From Octopus vulgaris (lineage: Eukaryota): 64,000 bases of DNA. A program made the position numbers and the translations under genes. This document shows, piece by piece, positions 11,840 through 24,926 of this stretch. The stretch lies in contig OX597815.1 in assembly GCA_951406725.2 (NCBI GenBank), positions 23,932,001-23,996,000 on the forward strand, given 5' to 3'. The stretch's first letter is position 1; the number at the start of each line of letters is the position of its first letter. A model generated the notes under the pieces. That model saw only the letters and a list, made by a program, of their open reading frames with translations, was not told the origin of the DNA and ran no database searches.

Positions 11840-13260
11840 ATGAATAGAACAAGAAAACAAAAAAGGCTTTTGACATCATCATGACTCTTGGTTGCCTCTG
11901 ATATTTTCATATTATCTCATAAGTAGTAAGAGTGTCTGTATAAGTGAATGCATCTCTCAGACAGTAATGATCCTAAGACATGTCTTTTAAAAACTCACAC
12001 TCCTAATTTTCTAGTGATTTTGAGATCATATCGTTCTTGACATGCCATTCCAGCGTTAACTTTGTCTGAGGTCTTTGTAAAATTGAAATAGACTGCATCT
12101 ACATTTGACTGGTTGAACGGTTATATCAGTACCCAGTCATAATGTTGTAGCAGCTCTGCGAAGCATCTTCTGCTTGATGGGGACCATGCTGATTTTTGCT
12201 TAGTGAATCAGCTCCCTCTAAGAATATAATTGTTTTTTTCCCCCAGCTCTCTGATAATTCATTTTATGGCTTAGTTGATGCATGAAGTTACAAGAGAGGC
12301 TTGTCATTTTTAGCCTCTACTCTATCATATTATGGTTTTCAACTTTTCGGTGGGGTTAATACTTGCAAATCAATTTTCGTCTATGGTTGATATATTACAT
12401 CTCCTTTTTTAATAAAGATGTAAATGATAGTTGCCACTTCTATGTTAAGTTGCAGAACTGAAGAACCCAAATGGCTTATTTATTTCTGTGTGTTCTATTG
12501 TGTTGCAAAAACACTTTTGAATTGTTCATTCAGTATTTCATTTATATTTTTATGGTTTCCAATCAGTGAGTTTTTTCCTAGTAACAGTGGTCTTAATTTG
12601 TGGTGCACTGAAGTAGATTTTCTTTTGCAAATTCATAAATAATTTTAGGATTTAATTTTATGTTTTCTGCAGCCTTGTTTTCCCTTTCTGCTTTATCTTT
12701 TTTTTTTTGTGGGAGTGTTTTATTTTATTCTTGGTTTCTTGCGTCCAGTTTAAGTGGAATTCTTTCTTATCAGAATTTTTCGTCTTTAGTAATTATCTTT
12801 TTGTAAATTTTGGCCTTTCATGCATATAAATTACTCTGATGACACACATTGTTCCAGTTTCATGACTGTCTTGCATAGAGAAACTTTTGAGCCAGTTCTG
12901 TGTGAAGACTTTGTATTAAATTGATTTCCAGTGAATCTTGAGGTACTTAAGGTTGGATAGGTAGATAGAATGCTCCATGTGAAATGCATATCTACAGTTT
13001 GCTTTGGATCATGCATTGTTAAGTCTGTTCCGTTACGGTCAGAGAAAATTATAGACATCATCTTCACATTACGGATGAGATATATGTTATTTCTAAAGCA
13101 GATCTCTAGCTTTGTAGTTTTTGGTTGGATGAAATAATATTTTGTCATGAACTGCATGTCAGTGAGCTCAAGGAGGAGTTCTGCTTGTTTTCAGTAATGC
13201 AATGACATTCCTGAGAGGATGTGGTTATCAGTCCTTCAGAGATTGGGGAAATTAAAACCG
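11840..13260 (-). mobile_element. Degenerate CR1-like LINE (RT region, probably with upstream ORF2 remnants)
   Basis: Minus strand reads IIFLEGADSLSKNQHG...RCFAELLQHYDWVL...NQSNVDAVYFNFTKTSDKV, a decayed form of the QHGF..SC..LL..VD.IYLDF.KAFDKV RT motifs. Confidence 0.65.
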
Positions 13261-14463
13261 CTCAGGAAAAGTACACTAACACAATGATCTGATTTAGTTA
13301 ATAACTATCTTTTTGTGGTTTCAAATTTCCTATCATGATTTAGGCATACAGTGAACAATTAGTTGTTTAGCAGTTTGGTATAGTTATAACTACACTAAAT
13401 TACTTTATATGCAGTATTAGTGTGCCATAAGTCAAGTTTAAGTGTAGCAATAAAGGTAATGGTGTGACATTCTCATAAATTTAGCTTGCACGAACTCCAG
13501 TCTGACTTAAAAGACATTTTGGCAGTTGTATTTCTAGATGCAGTTCTTGTGTAGAAAATCCTACTTCTGTTAGTAAATTGTGACAGGTTTAATATTCAAA
13601 AGCTGGATTTCTGTGATATCAGGGTAAGTCTTGGCATGGCTCCATGCTTAAGAAGTTCACTTTACAACTACAAAATTCCAGGTTTAATACCACTTCATGG
13701 CGTATTGGGGAAGTGTCTTCTGCCATTGACTGGCTATAGTTGACCAGTACCTCGTAGATGAAATTTTGGTAGACAGAGAATTGTGTGTAGACTATGTATG
13801 TGTAACATACATTCAGATAGTATTTATGCTTGCTCAGTTATCTCCTCTTATCTCAATACCCACTTTTTATTTTGTATCTTAACAGAATTAGTTAGCAATC
13901 CAAGTACAAGTTATAGTTTATGTTGGTAATACTGTTGTCTTCCTCAGTTGCAAGTTATGCAGATAAATAACACTAAACTAAAATCTTTTGTTATTTGAAA
14001 CAGTTGAGACTTCATTTGCAATGTATTTGTCATATTATCTGATAACAAAAAGAAAAACCTTTGTTTTTATTCCTTGAGAATTACTAACTTCAGTTAAAGA
14101 GAGACTTGGAGAGCAATCAACAGAAATGTTTGCCAGGAATGGGATGCTAATGAATCCATAGATCCTGTCCACAGTTGTATTATTGATAAAAGATAGATTT
14201 TTCATTTCTCAATACTTATCCAAGCTTTGATGTACATTTTATAATTTTTGTTGTATGAATGCTGCCACCTGAAACTAAAAAAAGGTGAGATACAATGAGT
14301 TGTATGTGTGTGCTGTTCCCACAACTGATCAAAATGATACTTTTAAATCTCATGCAAAGTACTAGCCCTTAAAGTTAACTCTGTTATAAGACATCTTTGA
14401 CTGACTACTGCACCCCTAAATAGCTGTTAACTTAATTATCCCACCCCCTTTATTTTTTTTTAG

Positions 14464-14511
14464 GACAAAAAGATGAAAAATCTGGACCCTCAGAGTAGTG
14501 CAAAGTCCTGA
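14464..14511 (+). CDS. Last coding exon of the RAI1/TCF20-family gene (DKKMKNLDPQSSAKS*); exon continues to a donor at 14517
   Basis: Long T tract and tag acceptor at 14461-14463, in frame at phase 0, TGA at 14509-14511, consensus gtaagt donor 5 nt after the stop. Confidence 0.75.
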   Translation, partial: DKKMKNLDPQSSAKS

Positions 14512-15879
14512 CATGAGTAAGTTTTAACCAATAATCTTAATTGGTTATTGTGCTGATCTAAAGTAAATTTTTATTTCTAGGTTAGGTAAATAAATATATT
14601 TTCTTGTACAGAACTTATATATATATATAATGTTACTTTAGAAATATTAGCACTTAGCATTCTCTTTTGGTTTTTAATTTCTCTTTCACATAAGGCACCC
14701 TATGAATGATTTTTTGGTATTAAAAAAAAAAAAAGGTAGGAATGATTTACTGAAGTTCTTAAATGATTTTGGAAGTATATTGTTTGTTGTCTTATTAAAA
14801 TTTATTTGTTCTGCAGTTGAATAATAAATGTTCATACGTATTTGATTTTACACCAACTTCTATTATATCATGATATCTAAATGAAAGAAGTCTAATTTGA
14901 GAAATAATTCACTTTAATAGAATGAATGCTTAATATTATTTTTCAGATTAGGTGTGTTTAATTACAAGATTTAAAAAAATTTTTTAAATAACATAAATAA
15001 TAAAGTTAACTCAAATTATTTTCTTCCATAAGCAATCATTTAAAGAATAAAATTAGTCACAAACATTCATTCTAGAAGACAAAGAAGATACAAAATGCAA
15101 GATTGTAATTTGATTTTAATAATCTGTGGGATATAATTTTCTTTAGACTTCTATAATTTGAAGTTTATATTGAAGACTTTTTTGTTCCTCCATGCTTACT
15201 TTGAGGAAATTCTCTCTAAGCACTTGACATATGTCCACATTAGTTGCAGCTCCTGCACACTGCACCAGTGTGTTTATTGATTTTAAGTAATAGTACTATT
15301 GTGCTGGAATTATTTAATTTTCAACTACTGGCAAACCATCTTGGTATTGAAAAGGGCCATTATTCACTTTTGTGACATATGTAGCTATCATTTTATAAAT
15401 GTGTGCATTCATTTTGTAATATATTCTTGGATCCTAAAATTTTCCATTTCTTTCTCTATCCTAATTACTGATTCTATTTGATAATCTTACTTTTTGTTTC
15501 ATTGTTTTCCTCCTACTCTTTGAAATTACTTTAACATTGCTATCTTAAACACTTTAATATGCTTTGCTACACAGTTCCACGCCTGTATATGAGCAATCTA
15601 CTTTACTGCTACTAAATTATTTAAAGGGAAATAACTTTGCATACACTAAACAGTTTTTACGAAGTTCAGTATATGTATTTGTGTTTATGTGTTCACGTAC
15701 ACACACACACGCGCGCACACACGTACGTAGTAAAGGTTATAAATATATTTCCTTTTAAAGCGGTGAAAATTTTCTGTCCAAGAGTAGGTATAATGGTTTA
15801 AATGGTGTAAATAAAGATACAAAGAGAAGGTTAGCTCTGTCATTAATGCATTTATAGCTATTGCTAGTCAGGTATTTAA

Positions 15880-16098
15880 CCCTTTAGTGTTCAGATTATT
15901 CAATCAAACATAATGCCTATTGATTCCCATTGATTTGAATTAATCATGCATTATCTCATATCTTCAAGATCTTGATGGTGTAATTATTTAATGTAGAATA
16001 ACATTGTAGGGTAGGTGTGAGAGCCTGGATCTGGTCAGTTCGAACATAAAACAGATTAAATATTTTGGCCAGATATGGCCGGTTTAAATACTAAAGGG
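15880..16098. mobile_element. piggyBac-like MITE
   Basis: TTAA|CCCTTTAGT...ACTAAAGGG|TTAA; reverse-complement copy at 43262-43481. Confidence 0.8.
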
Positions 16099-16142
16099 TT
16101 AAACAAATTAAAGATATTCTAACGGGTTGTATGGTTTTTACA

Positions 16143-16297
16143 GCTGAGTGGTTGGTATTAGGAAGGGTGTCCAGCTGCAGAAACCATGCCAAAGCAGACA
16201 TTGGAATTTGGTATAGTCCTCTAGCTCACCAGCTCCTGTTTAACCATCCAACCCATGCCAGCATGGTAAACAGACGTTAAATAAAGATGATGATGAT
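16143..16297 (+). mobile_element. RTE 3' tail
   Basis: ttaggaagggtgtccagc...cccatgccagcatgg...gatgatgat. Confidence 0.75.
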
Positions 16298-16402
16298 TGT
16301 AAACCTTTATTAGTATATATTTTTTATCTATGTTTGAGGTTTGTTTTCTTAATGGTTTATACCAACAGTGAAAGATAGGTTCAGTTAAAAAGCTTAATGT
16401 TT

Positions 16403-16816
16403 TACTCTCTTTTACTCTTTTACTTGTTTCAGTCATTTGACTGCGGCCATGCTGGAGCACCGCCTTTAATCGAGCAACTCGACCCCGGGATTTATTCTTT
16501 TGTAAGCTCAGTACTTATTGTATCGGTCTCTTTTGCCGAACCGCTAAGTAACAGGGACATAAACACACCAGCATCGGTTGTCAAGCAATGCTAGGGGGAC
16601 AAACACAGATACACAAACACACACATGCATATATATATATATATACATATATACGACGGGCTTCTTTCAGTTTCTGTCTACCAAATCCACTCACAAGGCT
16701 TTGGTCGGCCCGAGGCTATAGTAGAAGACACTTGCCCAATCTGCCACGCAGTGGGACTGAACCCGGAAACATGTGGTTGGTTAGCAAGCTACTTATCACA
16801 CAGCCACTCCTGCGCC
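16403..16816 (-). mobile_element. Full-length CORE-type SINE (family B)
   Basis: Same head, core and tail as the other family B copies. Confidence 0.9.
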
Positions 16817-17607
16817 TTTTGTATATATATATATATATCAAATTTTTATTTCTAACTGCAGTTATTTTTAACATTTTCTTGGTGAAAATATATCCAGAAG
16901 ATCTTGCTAATAGAAATGGAAACACAGTAGATGAGGTTATGTTAATGTTAAGGTAGTTTCATCATCATTTAAGGTTCATTTTCCATATTGGCATGGGTTG
17001 GATGGTTTAACAGAACCCAATACACTACAAAACTGCATCAGGTCCAAATGTCAGTTTTGGCTTGGTTTCTATGACTGGATGACCTTTGTAATACCAACTA
17101 CTTGACAGTGATATATTTGTGAAATCACCAAAGTCACTTGCATGACAAAGAAAATGCCCTCACATTCGAGTGGGAGTGTATTTGTGAGAGGTGGAGATGG
17201 CTTTATGCCAGGTGTTGAAGGCTAAAGTAGGATAGAGAGACAAGCACAGGTGCCTTGCTATTGAGAGAATACATGGCTACCCTTCATTATGTGAGGGTGG
17301 GTAAAAGTAGTTGGAAGGGAGATAAAGATAGTAGTGGTGACAGGGTGCCAGAGCATACTCTCAGGGTACCAGAAGGTGAGTATAAAGAAGAATATAGACA
17401 GTGGATCAGGCAAGTGGGTGGTAATTTCATAAGAGTGTGAGAGGAGAGTGACACATGCTTAGAAATGGGCTGGAGGTGGATGCAGTGAGTGATGAACAAG
17501 GGTAGATGAGTATTTGATCAGTATGGCGGAGTGAAATGATAGAGGGAGAAGTGGTTCAGAAAGGAGGAGGTGATGAGCAACCGCACAGGAAATGTGGAGA
17601 GCAGCAG

Positions 17608-17835
17608 TAGAGCTGGCAGAAACGTTAGCAAGCCGGGCGAAATGCTTAGCGGCACTTCGTCTGTTGTTACGTTGTGAGTTCGAATTCCACCGAGGTCGAC
17701 TTTACCTTTCATCCTTTCGGGGTCGATTAAGCAAATACCAGTTACGCACTGGGGTCGATACAATCGACTTGATCCCCTTGTCTGCCCTTGTTTGTCCCCT
17801 CTATGTTTAGGTCCCTTGAGGGCAATAAAGAAATA
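17608..17835 (+). mobile_element. Family C SINE
   Basis: Colinear with 10721-10935. Confidence 0.85.
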
Positions 17836-17849
17836 AGTATTGTAAATCT

Positions 17850-18470
17850 GTCATCTAAATTACTCAAAAATGAAAATAACACTGACATCTTATTGGAACA
17901 GATATATTTACCAAAATTACATAAAAATATCCTGAAAGGCTAAAGAGTAAATTTATTCAATAAAATCGCCATTGGCTTCAACTACATCCGCCAGACAACT
18001 TTGGAATCTCCTGCAACTCTTCTGGATGGTCTCCTTGTTTAAGTTGGTGAATGCTGCCATAATCCTTGCCTTCAGTTCATCTTTGGTGTTACAAGAAGAT
18101 TTGTTGGTCTCCCGCTCAACTGCGCCCTACACATAATAATCAAGGGGGTTGCAATCTGAGGTGTTAGGTGCCAGATATTAGGGGTGATGTTGCAGAAATT
18201 GTCTTACAGTCATGACTGGGTTCTCCTGCTTGTGGCATGGTACAGAGTCCTGTTACCTGACATAGGGTCTTCCAGCAGCCACCCTCTTGGCCCAGGGCAG
18301 CACTACCTCCTCCAGGCACTTGATGTAAGCCTCAGTGTTGAGTCAGAGGCTGTGTGGGAAGATGAATGGAAGCATAATGTTACCATCACTGGTGATCACT
18401 CCAAACACCATGATGTTGACTAGATGTTTGATTTTTATCACTCTGCGAATGACACCCAAACACTCTGAAA
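17850..18470 (-). mobile_element. Tc1/mariner-superfamily transposase remnant (C-terminal catalytic region)
   Basis: IMVFGVITSDGNIMLPFIF...YIKCLEEVVLPW...QD...SDCNPLDYYV*GAVERETN...KDELKARIMAAF, with in-frame stops. Confidence 0.8.
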
Positions 18471-18479
18471 TATTTGTAT

Positions 18480-18890
18480 TGGAGCTTCTGGTGGGAATGC
18501 CAAGCAGTACAGCTTGTTGTTTCCAAATTTCTGGCAAAGTGAATTGTGTCAAGGTGCTGTAATCCTCACAAACGGTACCCAACAGGGTCTTCATGAGGAA
18601 GTTACGTTTCTGTTGCATAGGGGAGAATGGAAAGGACCGATGCATTGTAGATGCAAAGCTTTGTCTTCCAGGTGATAGAGCAGTGGCACCAAAGGGTTTC
18701 CAAGTCCATGACCCTGGCAGTCAGACTACGTCTGCAGTCAATTTCTGGTGTCAGGTCTCCATTGTTGGTGACTGTGGAACCCAAGTAAATGAAGGAGCTG
18801 ACCAACTCCATTATGTTGAGACCAGTATAGAGAAGGGGAGGCTCCAGGCCATCACTGACATGCATCAGCTTGCTCTTCACCCAACACACC
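18480..18890 (-). mobile_element. RTE-clade LINE ORF fragment
   Basis: ELVSSFIYLGSTVTNNGDLTPEIDCR...TKLCIYNASVLSILPYATET, the typical RTE post-RT region. Confidence 0.8.
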
Positions 18891-19117
18891 TTAGAGAGAG
18901 AGAGAGAGAAATATTTTAATGTACACTTTTACGTAGATCGGACAGAATTTATTGAACTTTTCCTATTTCCAAGTAAGTTAATATTTCCCCATGACCAGAT
19001 ATGTTTTCACAGAAGATTGGGAATGAAGGGCATGATGGTAACACTCATTTACAGCTATCATGTGATGTCAAGGCAAGGAGACAGTAACACTCACACACAC
19101 ACATTTGCATATCGGGC

Positions 19118-19450
19118 CTCTGCCATGACGGGCCTCCGTGCTGGTGGCACATAAAAAGCACCATCCTATCATGGCCATTGCCAGCCTTGCCTGGCCCCCA
19201 TGCCGGTGGCACGTAAAAAGCACCATCCAACCGTGGCTGTTTGCCAGCCCCGTCTGGCACCTGTGCCAGTGGCACTTAAAAAGCACCCGTTACACTCACG
19301 GCGTGGTTGGTATTGGGAAGGGCATCCAGCCGTAGAAACACTGCCAGATCAGACTGGACCTGGTGCAGCCTTCTGGCTTCCCAGACCCCAGTTGAACCGT
19401 CCAACCCATGCTAGCATGGAAAGCAGATGCTAAATGATGATGATGATGAT
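19118..19450 (+). mobile_element. RTE 3' tail
   Basis: Internal gtgccggtggcacgtaaaaagcacc sub-repeats and (GAT)n tail. Confidence 0.85.
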
Positions 19451-20799
19451 TCTACCAAATCCACTCTCAAGGCTTTGGTCAGCCTGGGGTAAAGGTAGAA
19501 GACACTTGCTCAGTGCCATGCAGTGTGGCTGAACTGGAACCATGTGGTTGGGAAGCTAACTTCCTAACCACATATCCATGCCTGTGCCTATGTATGTGTA
19601 CACACACACACACAATAGAGAAAAAGAGATAGCCCAGTCAGTGCATATATCCAAACATAGTATATAAATGACATGCAACAGTTGCAAATATTATACATAG
19701 GCACCACAGTTAACCCTATGAAACAATGCATTTTAATGCATAAGCACTTTTCCAACCAGAAATTTTAGCTTTCTACTTCATTAGCTGAACCATCATCATC
19801 ATCATCATCTTTTAATGTCTGCTTCCCATGGTGGGATGGTTTGACAGGAGTCAGTCAGGCAGAAGCCTGCACTTGACTTTTCTGTCTGTTTTGGCTCGGA
19901 TTTTACAGCTGGGATATTTGCTACACTGTTCCCATGGTTTTTGTATACTTGGTAGGATTTTCTGGAACCCTATACATGAACACCTCTGTTTGTATACCCT
20001 TGCACAGACTCCTCACTCATCTTATCCATCTGTGTGTATACCTAGGCTGTGCTTGTGTCAGCAACATTTTTAATGGAGTATTGGATCGTAACAATACCTG
20101 GAACAAGGATGTGCACATCAATGGATAATTCAGTGCAGCCACTGGTCTGAACACTGTCCAGTAAAAGATGTTTAAAGCCTGGATTACATGTAATGATACA
20201 CTCTTCTGCAGGATGCAATGAGTGTCTCCTATGACCATCGACTGGCTTAGCCCTATTAACTTACTGGACATGATGGACTTAAATAAACCACATGGATATT
20301 CTACTATTGTTCATATTAATACTTACAAACATACACACTTAAAGTGTGACGGTGTGTGCATGCATGGGCAAGTTGAAGAGTAGTAGAAGTAACTTAAGCT
20401 TGGTTGCTGTATGGTATGATAAGGAGGAAGGAATTTGTGCACAAGTATATGTATCAATACTGATGCATGGGTGCATCAATGACCATGTACCTATACATGT
20501 GATTTGGGTGTAGGTAGGTAAGGGTATGCAGGTGATGTGGACTGAGTGCAAGGGAAAGGATCTGGGGTCAGGCAGTACACACATTGTTCAGTATAAACTA
20601 CAGATTTTTTATTAATGAACACCTTTGCCTGCCTGGGAGATTGCTACTTGAAGCTGGTATTATAAACTGCTCAAAGGGAGTGATCACTATCTGCTTCCAC
20701 TTCTGATATATATGACTGTGGACTGTCGTCACTCATACTGATGTTGATATGCTTGCTATTATTATTATTATTATTATTATCATTGTTGTTGTGTTTCAT

Positions 20800-20960
20800 C
20801 TGTCTGGATGTTCTGAGTTCAAATTCCACCAAGGTCAATTTTACCTTTTGTCCTTTCTGGGACGATGAAATAAATATCAGTGAAACACTGGGGTTGATGT
20901 AATTGACTAGTCTTCTCCCCACAAATTTCAGGCCTTGTGCCTCTAGTTGAAAGGATTATC
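20800..20960 (+). mobile_element. Diverged family C SINE body
   Basis: gttctgagttcaaattccaccaaggtcaa...caggccttgtgcct. Confidence 0.65.
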
Positions 20961-21123
20961 ATTGTTGTTTTTGCTATTGTCCTCACCTTTGAGTTTACAT
21001 TGCTTCAGGGTTGTTTCTGTTCCCTTTATTGTGTTTACATGTGAATGGTTGTGACTGTACAAGGATGTGTCTGCATAAATTTGTATGAGAGGGCATGGCC
21101 ATCACCACCTTCCATACATCAAC

Positions 21124-22363
21124 CTTTGTTTATATCACTATAACTTAGCAGCTCAGCAAAAGTGGCTGACAAAAGAAATATCAGGCTTAAATACTGCGAT
21201 TGATTTGTTCAACTAAAGCCTTCAAGGCTATTCCTCAGTGTGGCCACAGTCAAATGACTGAAACAAAATTGAATATATATTTTCAATATGTGTGCATATG
21301 TGTGTGTGTGGTGTTAGGGCTCAGTATCAAGTACCACACTCCATTTTTGTATCCAGTGCAGTTGGGCAAAGGGCATCAAATCAGAGGACAGACCAGTGTT
21401 TGGAATACGAGCTACATAACAGTATTTAAAAAAATACAGAAACCCAGTTTTGTCTGTTAAGCTTTCTATCTTCTAGTTAACTCCATACTGCTACTTAACA
21501 CTCTTGTCATCTTGTATCCCAGCACTTCATTGATGTTGAGGTAATTTGCATAATGGGGATATATATTGAGCAAACTTAACGCTATACTTTGTATTTTTTT
21601 GCCTGGAAACACTAACTAGGTTTTTTTGTAAGATTGCGCAATGTTTGCAAAGCAGTTGTGTAGTTTTCTCAGTTCATCATCATCGTTTAACGTCCGCTTT
21701 CCATGCTAGCATGGGTTGGACGATTTTGACTGAGGGCTGGCGAGCCAGATGGCTGCAGCAGGCTCCAATCTTGATTTGGCAGAGTTTCTACAGCTGGATG
21801 CCCTTCCTAACGCCAACCACTCCGAGAGTGTAGTGGGTGCTTTTTACATGCCACCGGCATGGGGGCCAGTCTGGCGGTACTGGCAATGACCTCGCTCGAA
21901 TCTTTTGACACATGCCAGTGAATGATCACGCTTGAATGGTGCCCTTTTACATGCCACGGGTACAGAAGCCAGTTGGCTGTTCTGGCAATGATCATACTCT
22001 AAAGGCACATGTATGTTTTATAAAGCTTAATAGACAAAACTGGGTTTCTGTATTTTTTAAAATACTGTTATGTAGCTTGTATTCCAAACACTGGTCTGTC
22101 CTGTGATTTGGTGCCCTTTGCCCAACTGCACTGGATACAAAAGCAGAGTGTGGTACTTGATACTGAGCCCTAACACCACACACACACATATGCACACATA
22201 TTGAAAATATATATTCAATCTTGTTTCAGTCATTTGAGTGTGGCCATTCTGGGGTACAGCCTTGAAGGCTTTAGATGAACAAATCAACTGCAGTGTTTGA
22301 GTCTGATATTTATTTTGTCTGCCACTTTTGCTGAACTGCTAAGTTATAGTGATATAAGCAAAG
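21124..22363. repeat. Inverted duplication, arms about 21124-21465 and 22022-22363
   Basis: The arms are reverse complements over ~340 bp; the near-identical ORFs at 21200(+) and 22057(-) show this. Confidence 0.9.
21675..21992 (-). mobile_element. RTE 3' tail
   Basis: Same tail family as 1931-2219. Confidence 0.85.
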
Positions 22364-23160
22364 TTGTCAAGTGATGGTGGTGGTGGTGGTGGACAAACAA
22401 TTGTGAATGCAGGTGTGGATCCATCAGAGTTCCCTTGCTTACTGTAGTTCATCAACAGAAGTATTTAAGACTGACTCTCCTGTGAAACTCTTATGCTAAT
22501 GTATGACTCGGGTTTTATAACCAAATATGTAGAAGATGCAGAGAAGAAATTCCAACCATGGATCCAAATCCTTCACTCTTTCATTACTGTATTGTAAACC
22601 AAAATACACCCCTTATGCGTTTCAATTAAATTCTAAAGTAACTGTGAATTTAGATTGGTTTCTTAAAACAACTCTAACTTTTTTAATTAATCAACATGAT
22701 TTTTGGAACATGGCTTAATAAAAGTTTCTTAACCAAATAAATTTCATAATTTTTGTCTCGATTACATTAAATACAGATAAGTTTAACAAAGTATTATATT
22801 ATTTAAATATTGTTTAGACATCAGCATAGAAAATGAGTTGTTAGCTAATATTCAATGAGTGTAAAATGAAATTTTAGCAAAGAATGGTGCAAATTACTGG
22901 ATTATCTCTCTGTTGAACTTAACATGCATAAGACAGGTGTACCATAACGATAAAGCAAAATGAAATAGGTGTACCATAAAGGTAAAACAATGAAATTCAT
23001 GACATTGGCTAAATTAAATAAACTCACACATATTATAATGATTCATTAGACAAATTAATCAAAATTTGTCATACATCTTACAGGTAAAATTACATGTGAA
23101 TAAAAAAAATGCAAACAAGGTAAATTTGAAAAAAATCTATAAATGAAGTTTATATATATA

Positions 23161-23600
23161 CTAGCAGTATATATAGCCTGGCGTTGCTCGGGTTTGTTTT
23201 TTAGTTGTGCTTAAAATGGCAGACTTTGATGTCGCGTTAACAAAGTTTTGACATAGTTTTAATCTTTTTTGAAAAGTAATAATTTTGCATTATGTAGCTT
23301 GTTATTCTCTTTAAGTGAACATTTTTCTGGTTAAAATACACCAAAAAATGGCGACACAGCAGTGAAAAAATCGTAAAAAATAGGGATTTCCATAGAGAAA
23401 AAAATCACCTTTTTGATGTAAATAATTTTTGGTCTTAACATGGTCCAATTTGAATTTTTTTCTTCTATGGAATGAGAGCAAGCCTCCTTCTATCATACTC
23501 TCAATTTTGGTCAACTTGTGCAGCAGAGTCACGGAGGAGATAGTGCTAGTTAAAGGCTACCAAACCTGCCACATATGTATGTGTGTATAGATATATATAT
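23161..23600 (-). mobile_element. Non-autonomous Helitron
   Basis: On the minus strand the cccgagcaacgccagg hairpin precedes CTAG|T; the 5' end is lost in a microsatellite. Confidence 0.7.
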
Positions 23601-23639
23601 ATACATGCACGCACACACACACACTATTCCTAAAGATGC

Positions 23640-24000
23640 TCGGATTTCACCATGGCATCATTTGTCTTTATCATTACAGTTTTCTGTTTTGAACACTACT
23701 TCTGATTCCTCTTGCAACTCATTTGTACTCTGTTTTTCATGCATGATCACTTCATTCCTTTCTAGTCTTTGCAAATCTTCTGCATTTAAGGCTTCCATGC
23801 AGCATCACACTTCATACACAGACATCATATAATATAATCTACCCTGTAGGAGAAGTCTTTTGTTACCAGCTGAAACAGTCACTTCCTGAACTTTGCTAAC
23901 TTGTTCATACTCTCATTAATATACTTTTCTTTCTAGAACATCCACTCTTAGTGATCTAGTTAACGATTTTTCAACTAATATGTGTCTTCAAAACATTTGA
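23640..24000 (-). mobile_element. Degenerate RTE ORF fragment
   Basis: Minus strand gcaaagttcagg...ctggtaacaaaagac...ggtagattata...atgctgcatgga resembles 34730-34850. Confidence 0.5.
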
Positions 24001-24362
24001 GAGTGTTTCCTGTTAACCCTTAGTGCTTACTGAAGTCTTATTTTCTCTCTTAATCTGCCATTGATCCCATTTCATGCCTTGGGCTTCCATAGTTCACAGT
24101 ATGGATATTTCTACCTACTCCTTTTCTGCCTATCAAGCCTGGCCATTTACTTGATGGTACCAGGCTCCTGTCTTCTTCCCTATTTACTAATACTTTAGTT
24201 TTTACTAAGTTTATTTTATGGTTCCTCGCTTATAAGTGTTGCTACCATGTCTGGAATTTCTTCTCTAAATCTTCTACAGTTTCAGCTATCATAATTATAT
24301 CATTACCATTCAGGAATCTCTACAGACAGCTGGCCTTAAATTCCTGTGTTATGGGTTGAACT

Positions 24363-24590
24363 AAGTTAAGTTAATTTTTTGGCTCAAAAATCAAAAAGCA
24401 AGGCCATGTAGGGGGACATGGAGTTATGTACAGGGTGGTGTTCATGCAAAGAGTTCAGGCCATTTGTGGTCAAGGGAGGACTTTGAACCGAGCGGTCGTC
24501 GGCATCTTCACTATCTCGTCCGGCAGCTTATTCCACGGATCCGCAACCCGGACGGAGAAAGCCCCTCTCCTTTGATTGAGATGACACTCT
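24363..24590 (-). mobile_element. CR1-clade LINE 3' end
   Basis: HLNQRRGAFSVRVADPWNKLPDEIVKMPTTARFKVLLDHKW (the CR1 FS.RV...WN.LP motif), short 3' UTR, (AACTT)n tail, ttgaact on both flanks. Confidence 0.8.
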
Positions 24591-24926
24591 TTGAACTGAA
24601 CTCATTGTTGACTGTGTGTGCTGGCATGTGTATTTAGGGTTGTGGTCCTCATTGTTCTTACAATTTCTGAGCAGCAGCAGTAGTAGCTTTGCTTACATTC
24701 TGTTTGGTTAGTGAAGTTTACTTGCATGTAATTTCATTCCGTCCTGTTGTAATTTATCAACCTTTTTTTGTTTACCTTTCATACTTTTTCAATATAGGAA
24801 GAATAGAAGAAACAGTGAGTTTATATTTTTAAAAATTATTTTTGTTTCTTGTAGAGCAATCATCTGTATATATATATATATATTTAAATGTATATATTAA
24901 AATTTTTTGTCTTTTTTTCTTTTTAG

